DNA of 20,000 bases, from IMG/VR virus record IMGVR_UViG_3300044986_000857; one strand, written 5' to 3'. The notes beneath the pieces are model-generated. The model searched no databases, was not told the DNA's origin, and worked only from the letters and a program-made list of their open reading frames with translations. Shown piece after piece: positions 9,475 through 16,183 of this stretch. The stretch is from an uncultured virus (IMG/VR IMGVR_UViG_3300044986_000857) (lineage: Duplodnaviria > Heunggongvirae > Uroviricota > Caudoviricetes). The translations under genes were made by a program, and so were the position numbers. Position 1 is the stretch's first letter. Each line of letters opens with the position of its first letter.

Positions 9475-9507
9475 GTGTAGCAAACCACGCCGCGCTACAC
9501 TAGGGGC
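9475..9507. promoter_or_regulatory. divergent promoter element: GTGTAGC-N12-GCTACAC inverted repeat (late promoter copy 3)
   Basis: + strand reads GTAGC-N14-TACACT-N6-ATG(9508); - strand reads GTAGC-N14-TACACG-N5-ATG(9468). Confidence 0.65.
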
Positions 9508-9756
9508 ATGGACCCCCGCGAAATCGCTTTGATCCAATCGCAGCGCGGCCAAGCGCTCGCCATCCCCGGTCGTGAAGTGCAGGTCAGCGGTCTGGGCCGC
9601 GCGACCGGCCCCGCTTCGCCGACGCCGCCCCCGCCACCGCCGCCGTCGCCGGGCGATGCGGGCGCGCAGAGCGCGGGCCTGCTTGGCGTGCCGTGGTGGG
9701 CGTGGCTGCTGCTCGGCGTGGGCGCGTACGCGGCGTATTCTCGTCGAGGCCGCTGA
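9508..9756 (+). CDS. small membrane protein (82 aa; VSGLG motif, poly-Pro linker, C-terminal TM)
   Basis: C-terminus VPWWAWLLLGVGAYAAYSRRGR. Confidence 0.8.
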   Translation: MDPREIALIQSQRGQALAIPGREVQVSGLGRATGPASPTPPPPPPPSPGDAGAQSAGLLGVPWWAWLLLGVGAYAAYSRRGR

Positions 9757-10331
9757 TGCCTACGCCCATCGAGATCGCCCGCCGGGAGCTTGACGCTGGT
9801 GTGCGCGAGCCGGCGGCACTCAACAAGTACGCGGGCGGGCGCGACGAGGCGTGGTGCTCGCACTTCGTGTCGTGGTGCTTCGCGCAGGCCGGCTACCCGT
9901 TCGCGTCGTACATCATCCCATCGCCACGACAGCACAACCCGGCGGCCAGCTGCTCTCGCGTCGCGAGCAACATGCGGGACATCGGGCGGCTCTACAAGCC
10001 GGGCGAGATCACGCCGCAGGCGAACGATCTGATCTTCTACAAAAAGGTCGAGGGCGGGCGCTTCGCTGCACCGGGCGTTCTCGGCCTCGACTTCATCCTC
10101 GGGCACATTGGCATCGTCGAGGGCATCGACGGAAACAAGGTCGTCACCATCGAAGGCAACTACAGCAACAAGGTCGCGCGCGTGCGAACGCCTTTGAATA
10201 GCCCAAGCATCGCGTACTATGGCCGACCGTTGACGACCGCAGAGATCGCGGCGATCGGCGGCATTGGCATCGGTACGCTCGCCGTCGTGGGCATCGGCGC
10301 GTATCTGTTCATGCGGGGACGCAGCCGATGA
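9756..10331 (+). CDS. CHAP-domain peptidoglycan amidase/endopeptidase with C-terminal TM anchor (191 aa)
   Basis: TGATG coupling; AWCSHFVSWC (catalytic Cys), GHIGIVE (His), TIEGN; C-terminus IGIGTLAVVGIGAYLFMRGRSR. Confidence 0.9.
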   Translation: MPTPIEIARRELDAGVREPAALNKYAGGRDEAWCSHFVSWCFAQAGYPFASYIIPSPRQHNPAASCSRVASNMRDIGRLYKPGEITPQANDLIFYKKVEGGRFAAPGVLGLDFILGHIGIVEGIDGNKVVTIEGNYSNKVARVRTPLNSPSIAYYGRPLTTAEIAAIGGIGIGTLAVVGIGAYLFMRGRSR

Positions 10332-11011
10332 AGGTTCTACTGTTGGGCGATAGCCACACCGTCGGCCCCTACGGGCAGGCGCTCGCCGGCTTCTTCAAGA
10401 ACGCGGGTGCTTCCGTCACCGTCGTCGCGAACGTCGGTGCGAACGCGGGCAACTACCTGCCCGGGGGCAAGTACGCCTCGCAGGTTCCATCGCGCGTGAC
10501 AAACCTGCTCGGGTTTGACATAGCCATCATCACCCTTGGAACGAACGATGCGGCGGCGAGCGACAGCGTGTTGCCGGCGACCAGCGCCGATCGTTTCAAG
10601 GCTCTGGCGAACGCCCTACCGTCGAGCAACGTCTGGTACGTCGGCCCGCCGGCCTTTTCCGACAGCGCCGCGCGCACCTACAATCCGATCTTCGCCGGCC
10701 CCGGCAAGGACTTGAACACGCGCGCCGCTGCCGTGTTGAACGAAGCCTTCAAGCGTTTCGGAGCAAAGACCATCGACGCGCGGCGCGCGACGCAGCCTTT
10801 CGTCAATGCCAAGGACATTCACCTTGGCAAGCAAGGCGGCGATGCGTGGGCGCGCATGGTGTTCGAAAAGACGATGGCGCATAAGCCGCAAGTGCCGTCG
10901 AGCCAAGACAACGCTCTGACGACGAGCAAGGTTACTTCGTCGCCGCTGGCGTGGGTTGTCGGCGGGCTGTTGCTCTGGTGGGCGTTTGGTCCGCGAAAGA
11001 AGCGTCCATGA
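10328..11011 (+). CDS. SGNH/GDSL-family esterase with C-terminal TM anchor
   Basis: LLLGDSHT, VGAN, LGTNDA and KDIHL blocks; C-terminus PLAWVVGGLLLWWAFGPRKKRP. Confidence 0.85.
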   Translation: MKVLLLGDSHTVGPYGQALAGFFKNAGASVTVVANVGANAGNYLPGGKYASQVPSRVTNLLGFDIAIITLGTNDAAASDSVLPATSADRFKALANALPSSNVWYVGPPAFSDSAARTYNPIFAGPGKDLNTRAAAVLNEAFKRFGAKTIDARRATQPFVNAKDIHLGKQGGDAWARMVFEKTMAHKPQVPSSQDNALTTSKVTSSPLAWVVGGLLLWWAFGPRKKRP

Positions 11012-11091
11012 CGATCACGGCTTGCATCATCGCCTTGCTTCCCGTCATCGCGCTGCTCGTCGCGGCGTACAACGACCCGGAAGACGACTAG
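11008..11091 (+). CDS. 27-aa single-TM micro-protein MTITACIIALLPVIALLVAAYNDPEDD
   Basis: ATGA-coupled to the SGNH gene. Its TAG overlaps the stop of the convergent minus-strand gene (CTAG 11088-11091). Below the ORF-track size cutoff. Confidence 0.5.
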   Translation: MTITACIIALLPVIALLVAAYNDPEDD

Positions 11092-11345
11092 GCTTCATCG
11101 TCGAGCGCTGCGTCGACTTGCGCCAAGAGCGCGCGTAGCGCCGCCTGTTCGTCGTTCGACCCGTAGGGCGGGCGCAGGGCCGGCACCGCACGCAAACGAC
11201 GCAGCAGGCCCGTCAGGCGCGCGATGGTGCGACCGTCTTCAAGGATGCGGTCTTCGTCAGCACGCCAAGCGGCCTCCAACAAAGCGCACTCCGGGCAGGG
11301 CTTCGAAACAGGCAGAGGCGCACGCGGCGTGAAGATCGACTTCAT
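11088..11345 (-). CDS. hypothetical protein (85 aa, CxxC)
   Basis: ATGA-coupled; last gene of the minus-strand operon. Confidence 0.65.
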   Translation of the reverse strand: MKSIFTPRAPLPVSKPCPECALLEAAWRADEDRILEDGRTIARLTGLLRRLRAVPALRPPYGSNDEQAALRALLAQVDAALDDEA

Positions 11346-11539
11346 GGCTTCCCGTACCGCCTCTTCCAGCGTTCGTCCACCCGCGCTTCTTCCAAGCGGG
11401 CAATCTCGGCGCGGACCGCGGCGAGCCGCTGGCGATGTTCTTTCGTCGCGGTGTTCTGCCAGATAAGGTCGAACAGTCCGCAGCGTTCAAGGTACAGGTC
11501 GACGAGCCTCGGGTCGTCGTCGGTCAATCGCGATGCCAT
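11342..11539 (-). CDS. hypothetical protein (65 aa, MASRLTDDDP...)
   Basis: GAAAGA upstream of ATG 11539; C-terminal part of ORF 11342..12259. Confidence 0.65.
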   Translation of the reverse strand: MASRLTDDDPRLVDLYLERCGLFDLIWQNTATKEHRQRLAAVRAEIARLEEARVDERWKRRYGKP

Positions 11540-12045
11540 AGGATCTTTCCGTTCTTCGAATCGCGGACTGCGGTGTGCCCGGAGACGGTCGATGCCGGGT
11601 CGTAGATGACGAGCAGGTTGTCTTGCTTGGGGCTTGTGCGTTCGTGTCCGGGGACCGGGTCGACGAACGGGATGCGGCCTCGGAACGTGTGCCACTCGGC
11701 ATACGGTACGACGAGATCGTTGAACCAGCCCACCGACGACGCCATCGGGATCAGGAACACGCTGAACGTGCCCTTGGCGGCCTCTTCCAAGCCCTTCTGC
11801 AACCAGCGCTCGATGGAGCCCTTGGGGTTGTAGGGCGGGTTGCACCACACGCGAGCCGGGCGATCGTCGGCGGTGCGCCACGCAGCCGTCAATCCGTCCC
11901 GGCCCGGCGAGCCGTCGAAGAACCACGACCTCTTTGCGTTGTCGATGCTGGCGGCGACGTCGAGGTCGAAGCGGTACTCGGAGTGCAGCTGTTCCCACAA
12001 CACGTCGGGCGTGCGCCACGACGGGTCTCTCAACTTCGGATTCAA
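11524..12045 (-). CDS. phage-type DNA N6-adenine methyltransferase (phage Dam-like family)
   Basis: WRTP, FDLDVAAS, DGL..W, VWCNPPY, VFLIP and GRIPF motifs. Confidence 0.9.
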   Translation of the reverse strand: MNPKLRDPSWRTPDVLWEQLHSEYRFDLDVAASIDNAKRSWFFDGSPGRDGLTAAWRTADDRPARVWCNPPYNPKGSIERWLQKGLEEAAKGTFSVFLIPMASSVGWFNDLVVPYAEWHTFRGRIPFVDPVPGHERTSPKQDNLLVIYDPASTVSGHTAVRDSKNGKILWHRD

Positions 12046-12287
12046 TCAGATACCCGTTTCGCCGCCGCGCGGCGCATTTGAATCGTGCCGACGGTGCGGC
12101 GGTTGTAGGCGGGGAAGTGTCGCTCAACCAGCTGCGACACGCGCTGCGTGCTGATTCCGAACCGCAGGCCGATGGCGCGGAAGGTCGTGTTCTGCTCGAC
12201 GAGCAGGCGTTCGAACTCGGCAGCCGCGCCGGCACCGTGCAGCTTGTCGAAGGTTTCACGCCATGCGTCGAAGGTGTGCTTTTGCAT
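12042..12287 (-). CDS. small HTH protein (sigma-70 region 4-like HTH)
   Basis: TFRAIGLRFGISTQRVSQL. Confidence 0.7.
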   Translation of the reverse strand: MQKHTFDAWRETFDKLHGAGAAAEFERLLVEQNTTFRAIGLRFGISTQRVSQLVERHFPAYNRRTVGTIQMRRAAAKRVSD

Positions 12288-12296
12288 GGTGCGCTT

Positions 12297-12503
12297 CTAC
12301 TTCTCGCCGCGCGTTCTTGCGATAGCCTCGCGCACGATCTCTCGGGCGTCGTCGGTCTTCAAGTACGGCAGCGCGATCTTGCACGCGGCGAGCAGCAGCG
12401 CGCGATCTTCGTGTAGTCGACGTATCTCCGCGCCGCGCTTGTTGAACTCGCGAACGAGGTCTTCGATCGTCATCGTCACCTGTTGTGGCGTCGACGGCGT
12501 CAT
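12297..12503 (-). CDS. hypothetical phage protein (68 aa)
   Basis: ATGA coupling; LLAACK..AIAR pattern typical of small phage early proteins. Confidence 0.7.
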   Translation of the reverse strand: MTPSTPQQVTMTIEDLVREFNKRGAEIRRLHEDRALLLAACKIALPYLKTDDAREIVREAIARTRGEK

Positions 12504-12802
12504 GCGTTCTCCCGCTTGGCGGCGTGCGCGAGGGCGACGTCGAGGCTTTGCAGGCGAGCGTTGATCACGTCGCGCGTGCTTCTGGCCTTCTCGGCGACGA
12601 GGTCCGCGCGCAAGCCCGCAAGCTCCAAGCGCAGCTGCGCGTTCTCTCGCAGCAAGCGCGCGATCTCGTCGCCGGCCCGCTCGCCCTTCTCCTTCGCAAG
12701 CCGCTTCGATTCATCACGCATCGCGAGCGCGTTGTCGCGCGCAAGCTCCGCGTGCGCGACGCGCTCTTGCAGCCACACGATCTCTTCGTCTTTCGTTCTC
12801 AC
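12500..12802 (-). CDS. hypothetical coiled-coil protein (100 aa, MRTKDEEIV...)
   Basis: AAGGAG RBS and GTGA overlap at 12799-12802; 3' part of ORF 12500..13501. Confidence 0.7.
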   Translation of the reverse strand: MRTKDEEIVWLQERVAHAELARDNALAMRDESKRLAKEKGERAGDEIARLLRENAQLRLELAGLRADLVAEKARSTRDVINARLQSLDVALAHAAKRENA

Positions 12803-13170
12803 TTGTTCTCCTTCGTCCACGCAGGCGGCGTGGCGTTCGCATCGGTGAAGATTTTTTCGATGGCGGCAACACGCCAAAGAGGAATCGCCTGCCGCTCTCG
12901 CTCCCACAACGACAGCAGCGACGACGACACGCCGACGGCTTCCGCCAGCTGCTTGTTCGACCATTGTGCGGTCTGACGAGCAATCGAAAGCGCGTGTCCG
13001 CTGCCCGCCGGCAGCGTAGGAAGCCCCTCGCCAGAGTCTCGCAGCACCTTCAAGTTTCCGATCGACCTCGTCAGGGTGGCGACGGCGACTTCCAACGCCG
13101 CGATGCGTGCTTCGATCGATCCGACAGGCGGCTTGTCCTTGTTCGACCGGATGTGCGTGCGGCGTGTCAT
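12799..13170 (-). CDS. XRE/Cro-family HTH transcriptional regulator with N-terminal coiled coil
   Basis: ARQTAQWSNKQLAEAVGVSSSLLSLWERERQAIP. Confidence 0.85.
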   Translation of the reverse strand: MTRRTHIRSNKDKPPVGSIEARIAALEVAVATLTRSIGNLKVLRDSGEGLPTLPAGSGHALSIARQTAQWSNKQLAEAVGVSSSLLSLWERERQAIPLWRVAAIEKIFTDANATPPAWTKENK

Positions 13171-13616
13171 TCTTCTTCCTTCGGCGTCGTGCGCAGCCCG
13201 CAGTCAGGACACGCCCGGCCAATCTCTTGCGTCGTCGCGCGCCGGCACTCGTCGCACCACCCGCGCCACTCTTCTGCTCGGGCAGCTTCACGCACCGCAT
13301 CGCGCTCGGCCTTGATCGCGACGATCTGGATCCTCGCGTCGCGCAAGGCCCGGCGGTCTTCCTCCCATGCCGCAAGCACGCGAGCGACGCGATCGGTCGG
13401 CAAACCGCCCGTCGTGACGCCAGCGGCGTTGAGCATGGCGTGAAGCTCGTCGAACAACGCGCGGTAGTGCTTGTTCGTATCCGATACGGTGCGTCGTTCA
13501 CCGCACCAACCGCAACGGTGGCCGTCGCCCTCGGCGTCCTGCCAGAAGTGCGTGCAGGTCGGCGCGCTGGCCTCGGGGATGGGCATGGTGGGAGTCAGGT
13601 CGAGGGTGTCAGCCAT
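13167..13616 (-). CDS. hypothetical protein with Cys/His (Zn-ribbon-like) motifs
   Basis: GGAGAA RBS before ATG 13616; CTH..CGWC, CDEC and CPDC motifs. Confidence 0.7.
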   Translation of the reverse strand: MADTLDLTPTMPIPEASAPTCTHFWQDAEGDGHRCGWCGERRTVSDTNKHYRALFDELHAMLNAAGVTTGGLPTDRVARVLAAWEEDRRALRDARIQIVAIKAERDAVREAARAEEWRGWCDECRRATTQEIGRACPDCGLRTTPKEEE

Positions 13617-13747
13617 CGGGGGGTTCTCCGTTCGTCGATTGTGGGGCATCCTGCTTCGTCGTCTGAAACCGCGTCAGGAAGCCATAAAACGCGGTCCCAC
13701 ATGTAGGATAGCTCGAAACCCTCTGAAATAGTGGGTTTTAGCGCTTT

Positions 13748-13771
13748 CTACAAACTAGGCCAAGTTTGTAG
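13748..13771. promoter_or_regulatory. 9-bp inverted repeat in AT-rich intergenic region (operator or hairpin)
   Basis: CTACAAACT-aggcca-AGTTTGTAG. Confidence 0.55.
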
Positions 13772-13794
13772 CAAGGCTTTCGTGCGCGGTCGAT

Positions 13795-14115
13795 TCATGT
13801 TTCCCCGCTGCGCGCGAGCGCATCGCGTGCGCGTTGTTCGGGCGTTCGTTGGCAGAGCGGGTCGGAGTAGTCGCCGCGCGCTATGTCGGCCAAGGCGGCG
13901 CGGGCCTCGTCGCGCTCACGCACAAGGCGCAGGACGACCTCGCGCGTCGAGACGCTCACGCCGCCGCGCCAATGCCCGTGCGGCTCCGTTTCGACGGCGC
14001 ACGGCCCGCTGCCGTCGCACCAGCGACGCAAGCCGATGCGGCTCACGTCGATGTTCCCGTCCGCGACGCGGGCGAGGGCTTCTTCGTACAGGGCGTCGGT
14101 CAGCTTTTCGGTCAC
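13795..14115 (-). CDS. hypothetical protein (106 aa, MTEKLTDALY...)
   Basis: GGAG RBS and GTGA overlap; 3' part of ORF 13795..14544. Confidence 0.65.
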   Translation of the reverse strand: MTEKLTDALYEEALARVADGNIDVSRIGLRRWCDGSGPCAVETEPHGHWRGGVSVSTREVVLRLVRERDEARAALADIARGDYSDPLCQRTPEQRARDALARSGET

Positions 14116-14366
14116 GGCTTCACTCCGTCGTGCCACACGATCTCGGTGTGGTGTTTGCTGTTCGGGTCGTCGTGGCCGTGGATGCGCCAGAGCGTGTCGA
14201 AGTCGGCCCACACCGACGTCGAACGCGCCGCCGTCAGCCAGCGCACGACCGTCGTGCCGTCGGAGAACACGACGCCCTCGTACTGCGGCTGGTCGGGCGC
14301 GTTCACTTGGTCGGCGTTGTGCGTGGCGCTCAAGTCGCCGCGACGGTAGACGGTGAAGCGCCTCAT
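14112..14366 (-). CDS. hypothetical phage protein (84 aa, MRRFTVYRRGD...)
   Basis: AAGGAG RBS, ATGA overlap; EGVVFSDGTTVVRW..IHGH pattern reminiscent of small phage proteins. Confidence 0.75.
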   Translation of the reverse strand: MRRFTVYRRGDLSATHNADQVNAPDQPQYEGVVFSDGTTVVRWLTAARSTSVWADFDTLWRIHGHDDPNSKHHTEIVWHDGVKP

Positions 14367-14590
14367 GGCTTCTCCTTGTTCGGCCAGCCGCACCAGCACG
14401 ACCCCGCCGACTGCCCGATCCACTTGTGCCCGTTGCTGCACTCGTAGCCCGTCGTCGCGACGGTGCAGTCGTGATAGTGGTGCCTGCCGTCCTCGTCGTA
14501 GAACGATTGGTAGTACGTAGAGGCCGACGAGTCGCGGCGGTCAAACACGCGGCTCGTCTTGCCTTCGGCTTTGCAGGTAGCGCAGATCAT
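14363..14590 (-). CDS. small Zn-finger-like protein (75 aa)
   Basis: CATC, HYHDC, CSNGH and CWCGW motifs; ATGA coupling. Confidence 0.75.
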   Translation of the reverse strand: MICATCKAEGKTSRVFDRRDSSASTYYQSFYDEDGRHHYHDCTVATTGYECSNGHKWIGQSAGSCWCGWPNKEKP

Positions 14591-14913
14591 GGCTTTTCCT
14601 TCGTGAACAAATCGGTCTGCTTCTCGGCGAGGGCTTCGGCTTTCAGCCGTTCCTTCTCGGCGGCGACGGCGGCGTTGAGCGTCAGGGCCGTGTCCGTGCC
14701 GTAGACGAAGTAGTAGTCGCCGTCGTCGGCGTCGGGGCGGCGCTCGATGAATCGGCCCGACGGCAAGATGCTCACGGTCGGGGTCACACTCGCGCAGTCG
14801 CCGACAGAGACGTCACGCATCGCATCGTCGACGTAGGCGCAGGCGGCGACGTCGTCCTCGGCCATGACGGCGAAGTCGAACTCGACCTTTACGGTGAAGA
14901 GTCGTTTGGTCAT
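14587..14913 (-). CDS. hypothetical protein (108 aa, MTKRLFTVKVEF...)
   Basis: GGAG RBS, ATGA overlap at 14910-14913. Confidence 0.75.
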   Translation of the reverse strand: MTKRLFTVKVEFDFAVMAEDDVAACAYVDDAMRDVSVGDCASVTPTVSILPSGRFIERRPDADDGDYYFVYGTDTALTLNAAVAAEKERLKAEALAEKQTDLFTKEKP

Positions 14914-15155
14914 GGCTTCCACTCCCCGTCGACGACCCACTTCGTCGCCCGCGCCTCGGACGTCGTGCCTTTGCGCGCCGGGGTCAGGTCGTCGAAGGTC
15001 CAATCAGCGAGCGGGGCGCTGCGCGCGTGTCGCTTCTTCTTGTAGAGGTGCCACATTTCGCTGCCGTACCAAGAGAGCAGGGCCACGCGATCTTTCGACT
15101 CGATCACGAAGCGCCCGCCGTTGAGGTACATGACGACCTCGGGTTCGTCGCTCAT
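14910..15155 (-). CDS. hypothetical protein (81 aa)
   Basis: Coupled ORF in the early operon. Confidence 0.7.
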   Translation of the reverse strand: MSDEPEVVMYLNGGRFVIESKDRVALLSWYGSEMWHLYKKKRHARSAPLADWTFDDLTPARKGTTSEARATKWVVDGEWKP

Positions 15156-15259
15156 GGCGCACCCACGACTGCGTCGGGGCAGACGACCATCGCGGCGTTC
15201 AAGTCGATGCGGAAAAGATCAGCCAGCCCCGACGGGGGCTTGGTCACGGACTGTTTCAT
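15152..15259 (-). CDS. 35-aa first ORF of the early operon (MKQSVTKPPSGLADLFRIDLNAAMVVCPDAVVGAP)
   Basis: ATG at 15259 downstream of the sigma70-type promoter; ATGA-coupled to the next gene. Confidence 0.5.
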   Translation of the reverse strand: MKQSVTKPPSGLADLFRIDLNAAMVVCPDAVVGAP

Positions 15260-15261
15260 GG

Positions 15262-15321
15262 CGCGTACCTTGACGTTGGCGGGTTGCACCGGCCTATCCG
15301 GCGCGCTTGTCAAGGTACGCG
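15262..15321. repeat. 13-bp perfect inverted repeat with 34-nt spacer, overlapping the -10 box
   Basis: CGCGTACCTTGAC (15262-15274) and GTCAAGGTACGCG (15309-15321). Confidence 0.85.
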
Positions 15322-15340
15322 AGGGTCAATGCGGTGTCAA
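15312..15340 (-). promoter_or_regulatory. sigma70-type early promoter
   Basis: TTGACA (15340-15335)-N17-TACCTT (15317-15312) at the head of the small-gene operon. Confidence 0.75.
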
Positions 15341-15347
15341 GGGGTGA

Positions 15348-16151
15348 TCAGCGCCGACGTGCCTTCATGCTTCGCCGCGCTTGTGCGGGCAAACCGGCCT
15401 CAAATCGGTCCCACGCTTGTCGCCACGACGTGTCGCCGGGCCGGGCGTACGTTCTCAAATCGGTCATGTACCGCCGCAGCAAACCGCGGTCTGCGGGCCA
15501 ACGCTCGGGGTCGCCTTCAGTCGCGTACGCCATCGCCCACAGCTTCATGCTGCCAGCGGCGCGTCGCTCGTATCCCTCGCGCGTCGCCGCCTCAAACACT
15601 TGTTCGCCAAGCTGCTTGACCTGTTCCTTCTGGCTCAACTCCATCTCTGCGGGCAGGTAGATTACTTGGCGTCCCGTCGTCGACGGCTCGTAGATCAACG
15701 CCGGCTTCTGGACGAGGTGGTAGCCCTTGCGCGCGAGCATTTCCAAGCGACGCGGCCCGAACCAGTCGATCGCGTCTTGCTTCGTGCGGTAGCCGAAGCG
15801 CCAGCCTCGGTGCCTCTTGAACCAATCCGGGTCGCTGCCCGTGGGGAAGTCGCGCTCGGGCGCGCTGCCCGCCGGCCCCACGCCACTCGTAGCCCCCGCC
15901 GCATACGGGCCTTCGCCCTTCTCGTTCTCGACGCGCCACACGGTCAGCGGGTTGTGAAGCCACTCGTCATCATCATCATCAGGGAGCCGCACGATGTCGA
16001 ACGACGCCTGCCCCCATCCTTCCGGCATACCCCATGCCGCTTCCTCGCCGACGTCGAGCGATTCCACGAAGTCGATGAACTCGTCGTCTTCGTTGTCCTG
16101 CACCAACTCGGCGTGCGTGACCAAGTGCCCGTCGATCAAGTAGCGTCGCAT
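15348..16151 (-). CDS. modular hypothetical protein (267 aa): acidic N-terminal domain, NP motif, VWRVENEKGEGPY domain, helical C-terminal domain
   Basis: ORF with conserved upstream motif; protein-like composition. Confidence 0.75.
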   Translation of the reverse strand: MRRYLIDGHLVTHAELVQDNEDDEFIDFVESLDVGEEAAWGMPEGWGQASFDIVRLPDDDDDEWLHNPLTVWRVENEKGEGPYAAGATSGVGPAGSAPERDFPTGSDPDWFKRHRGWRFGYRTKQDAIDWFGPRRLEMLARKGYHLVQKPALIYEPSTTGRQVIYLPAEMELSQKEQVKQLGEQVFEAATREGYERRAAGSMKLWAMAYATEGDPERWPADRGLLRRYMTDLRTYARPGDTSWRQAWDRFEAGLPAQARRSMKARRR

Positions 16152-16182
16152 GGCGGGGAGCCTAGCGCGCCCGGGGCGCTAC
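16152..16182 (-). promoter_or_regulatory. conserved putative leaderless late promoter, copy 4
   Basis: GTAGC-N13-TAGGCT-N7-ATG(16151). Confidence 0.75.
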
Positions 16183-16183
16183 G

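Noticed and set aside
9622..9650. CCG-rich run as a regulatory repeat
   Set aside because: Explained by the poly-Pro linker of the 82-aa membrane protein, with mixed Pro codons.
11342..14544. Full-length ORFs 11342..12259, 12500..13501 and 13795..14544 as listed in the track
   Set aside because: Only the 3' portions look coding. Starts were reassigned to 11539, 12802 and 14115 from RBS and stop/start overlaps; the upstream parts overlap better genes.
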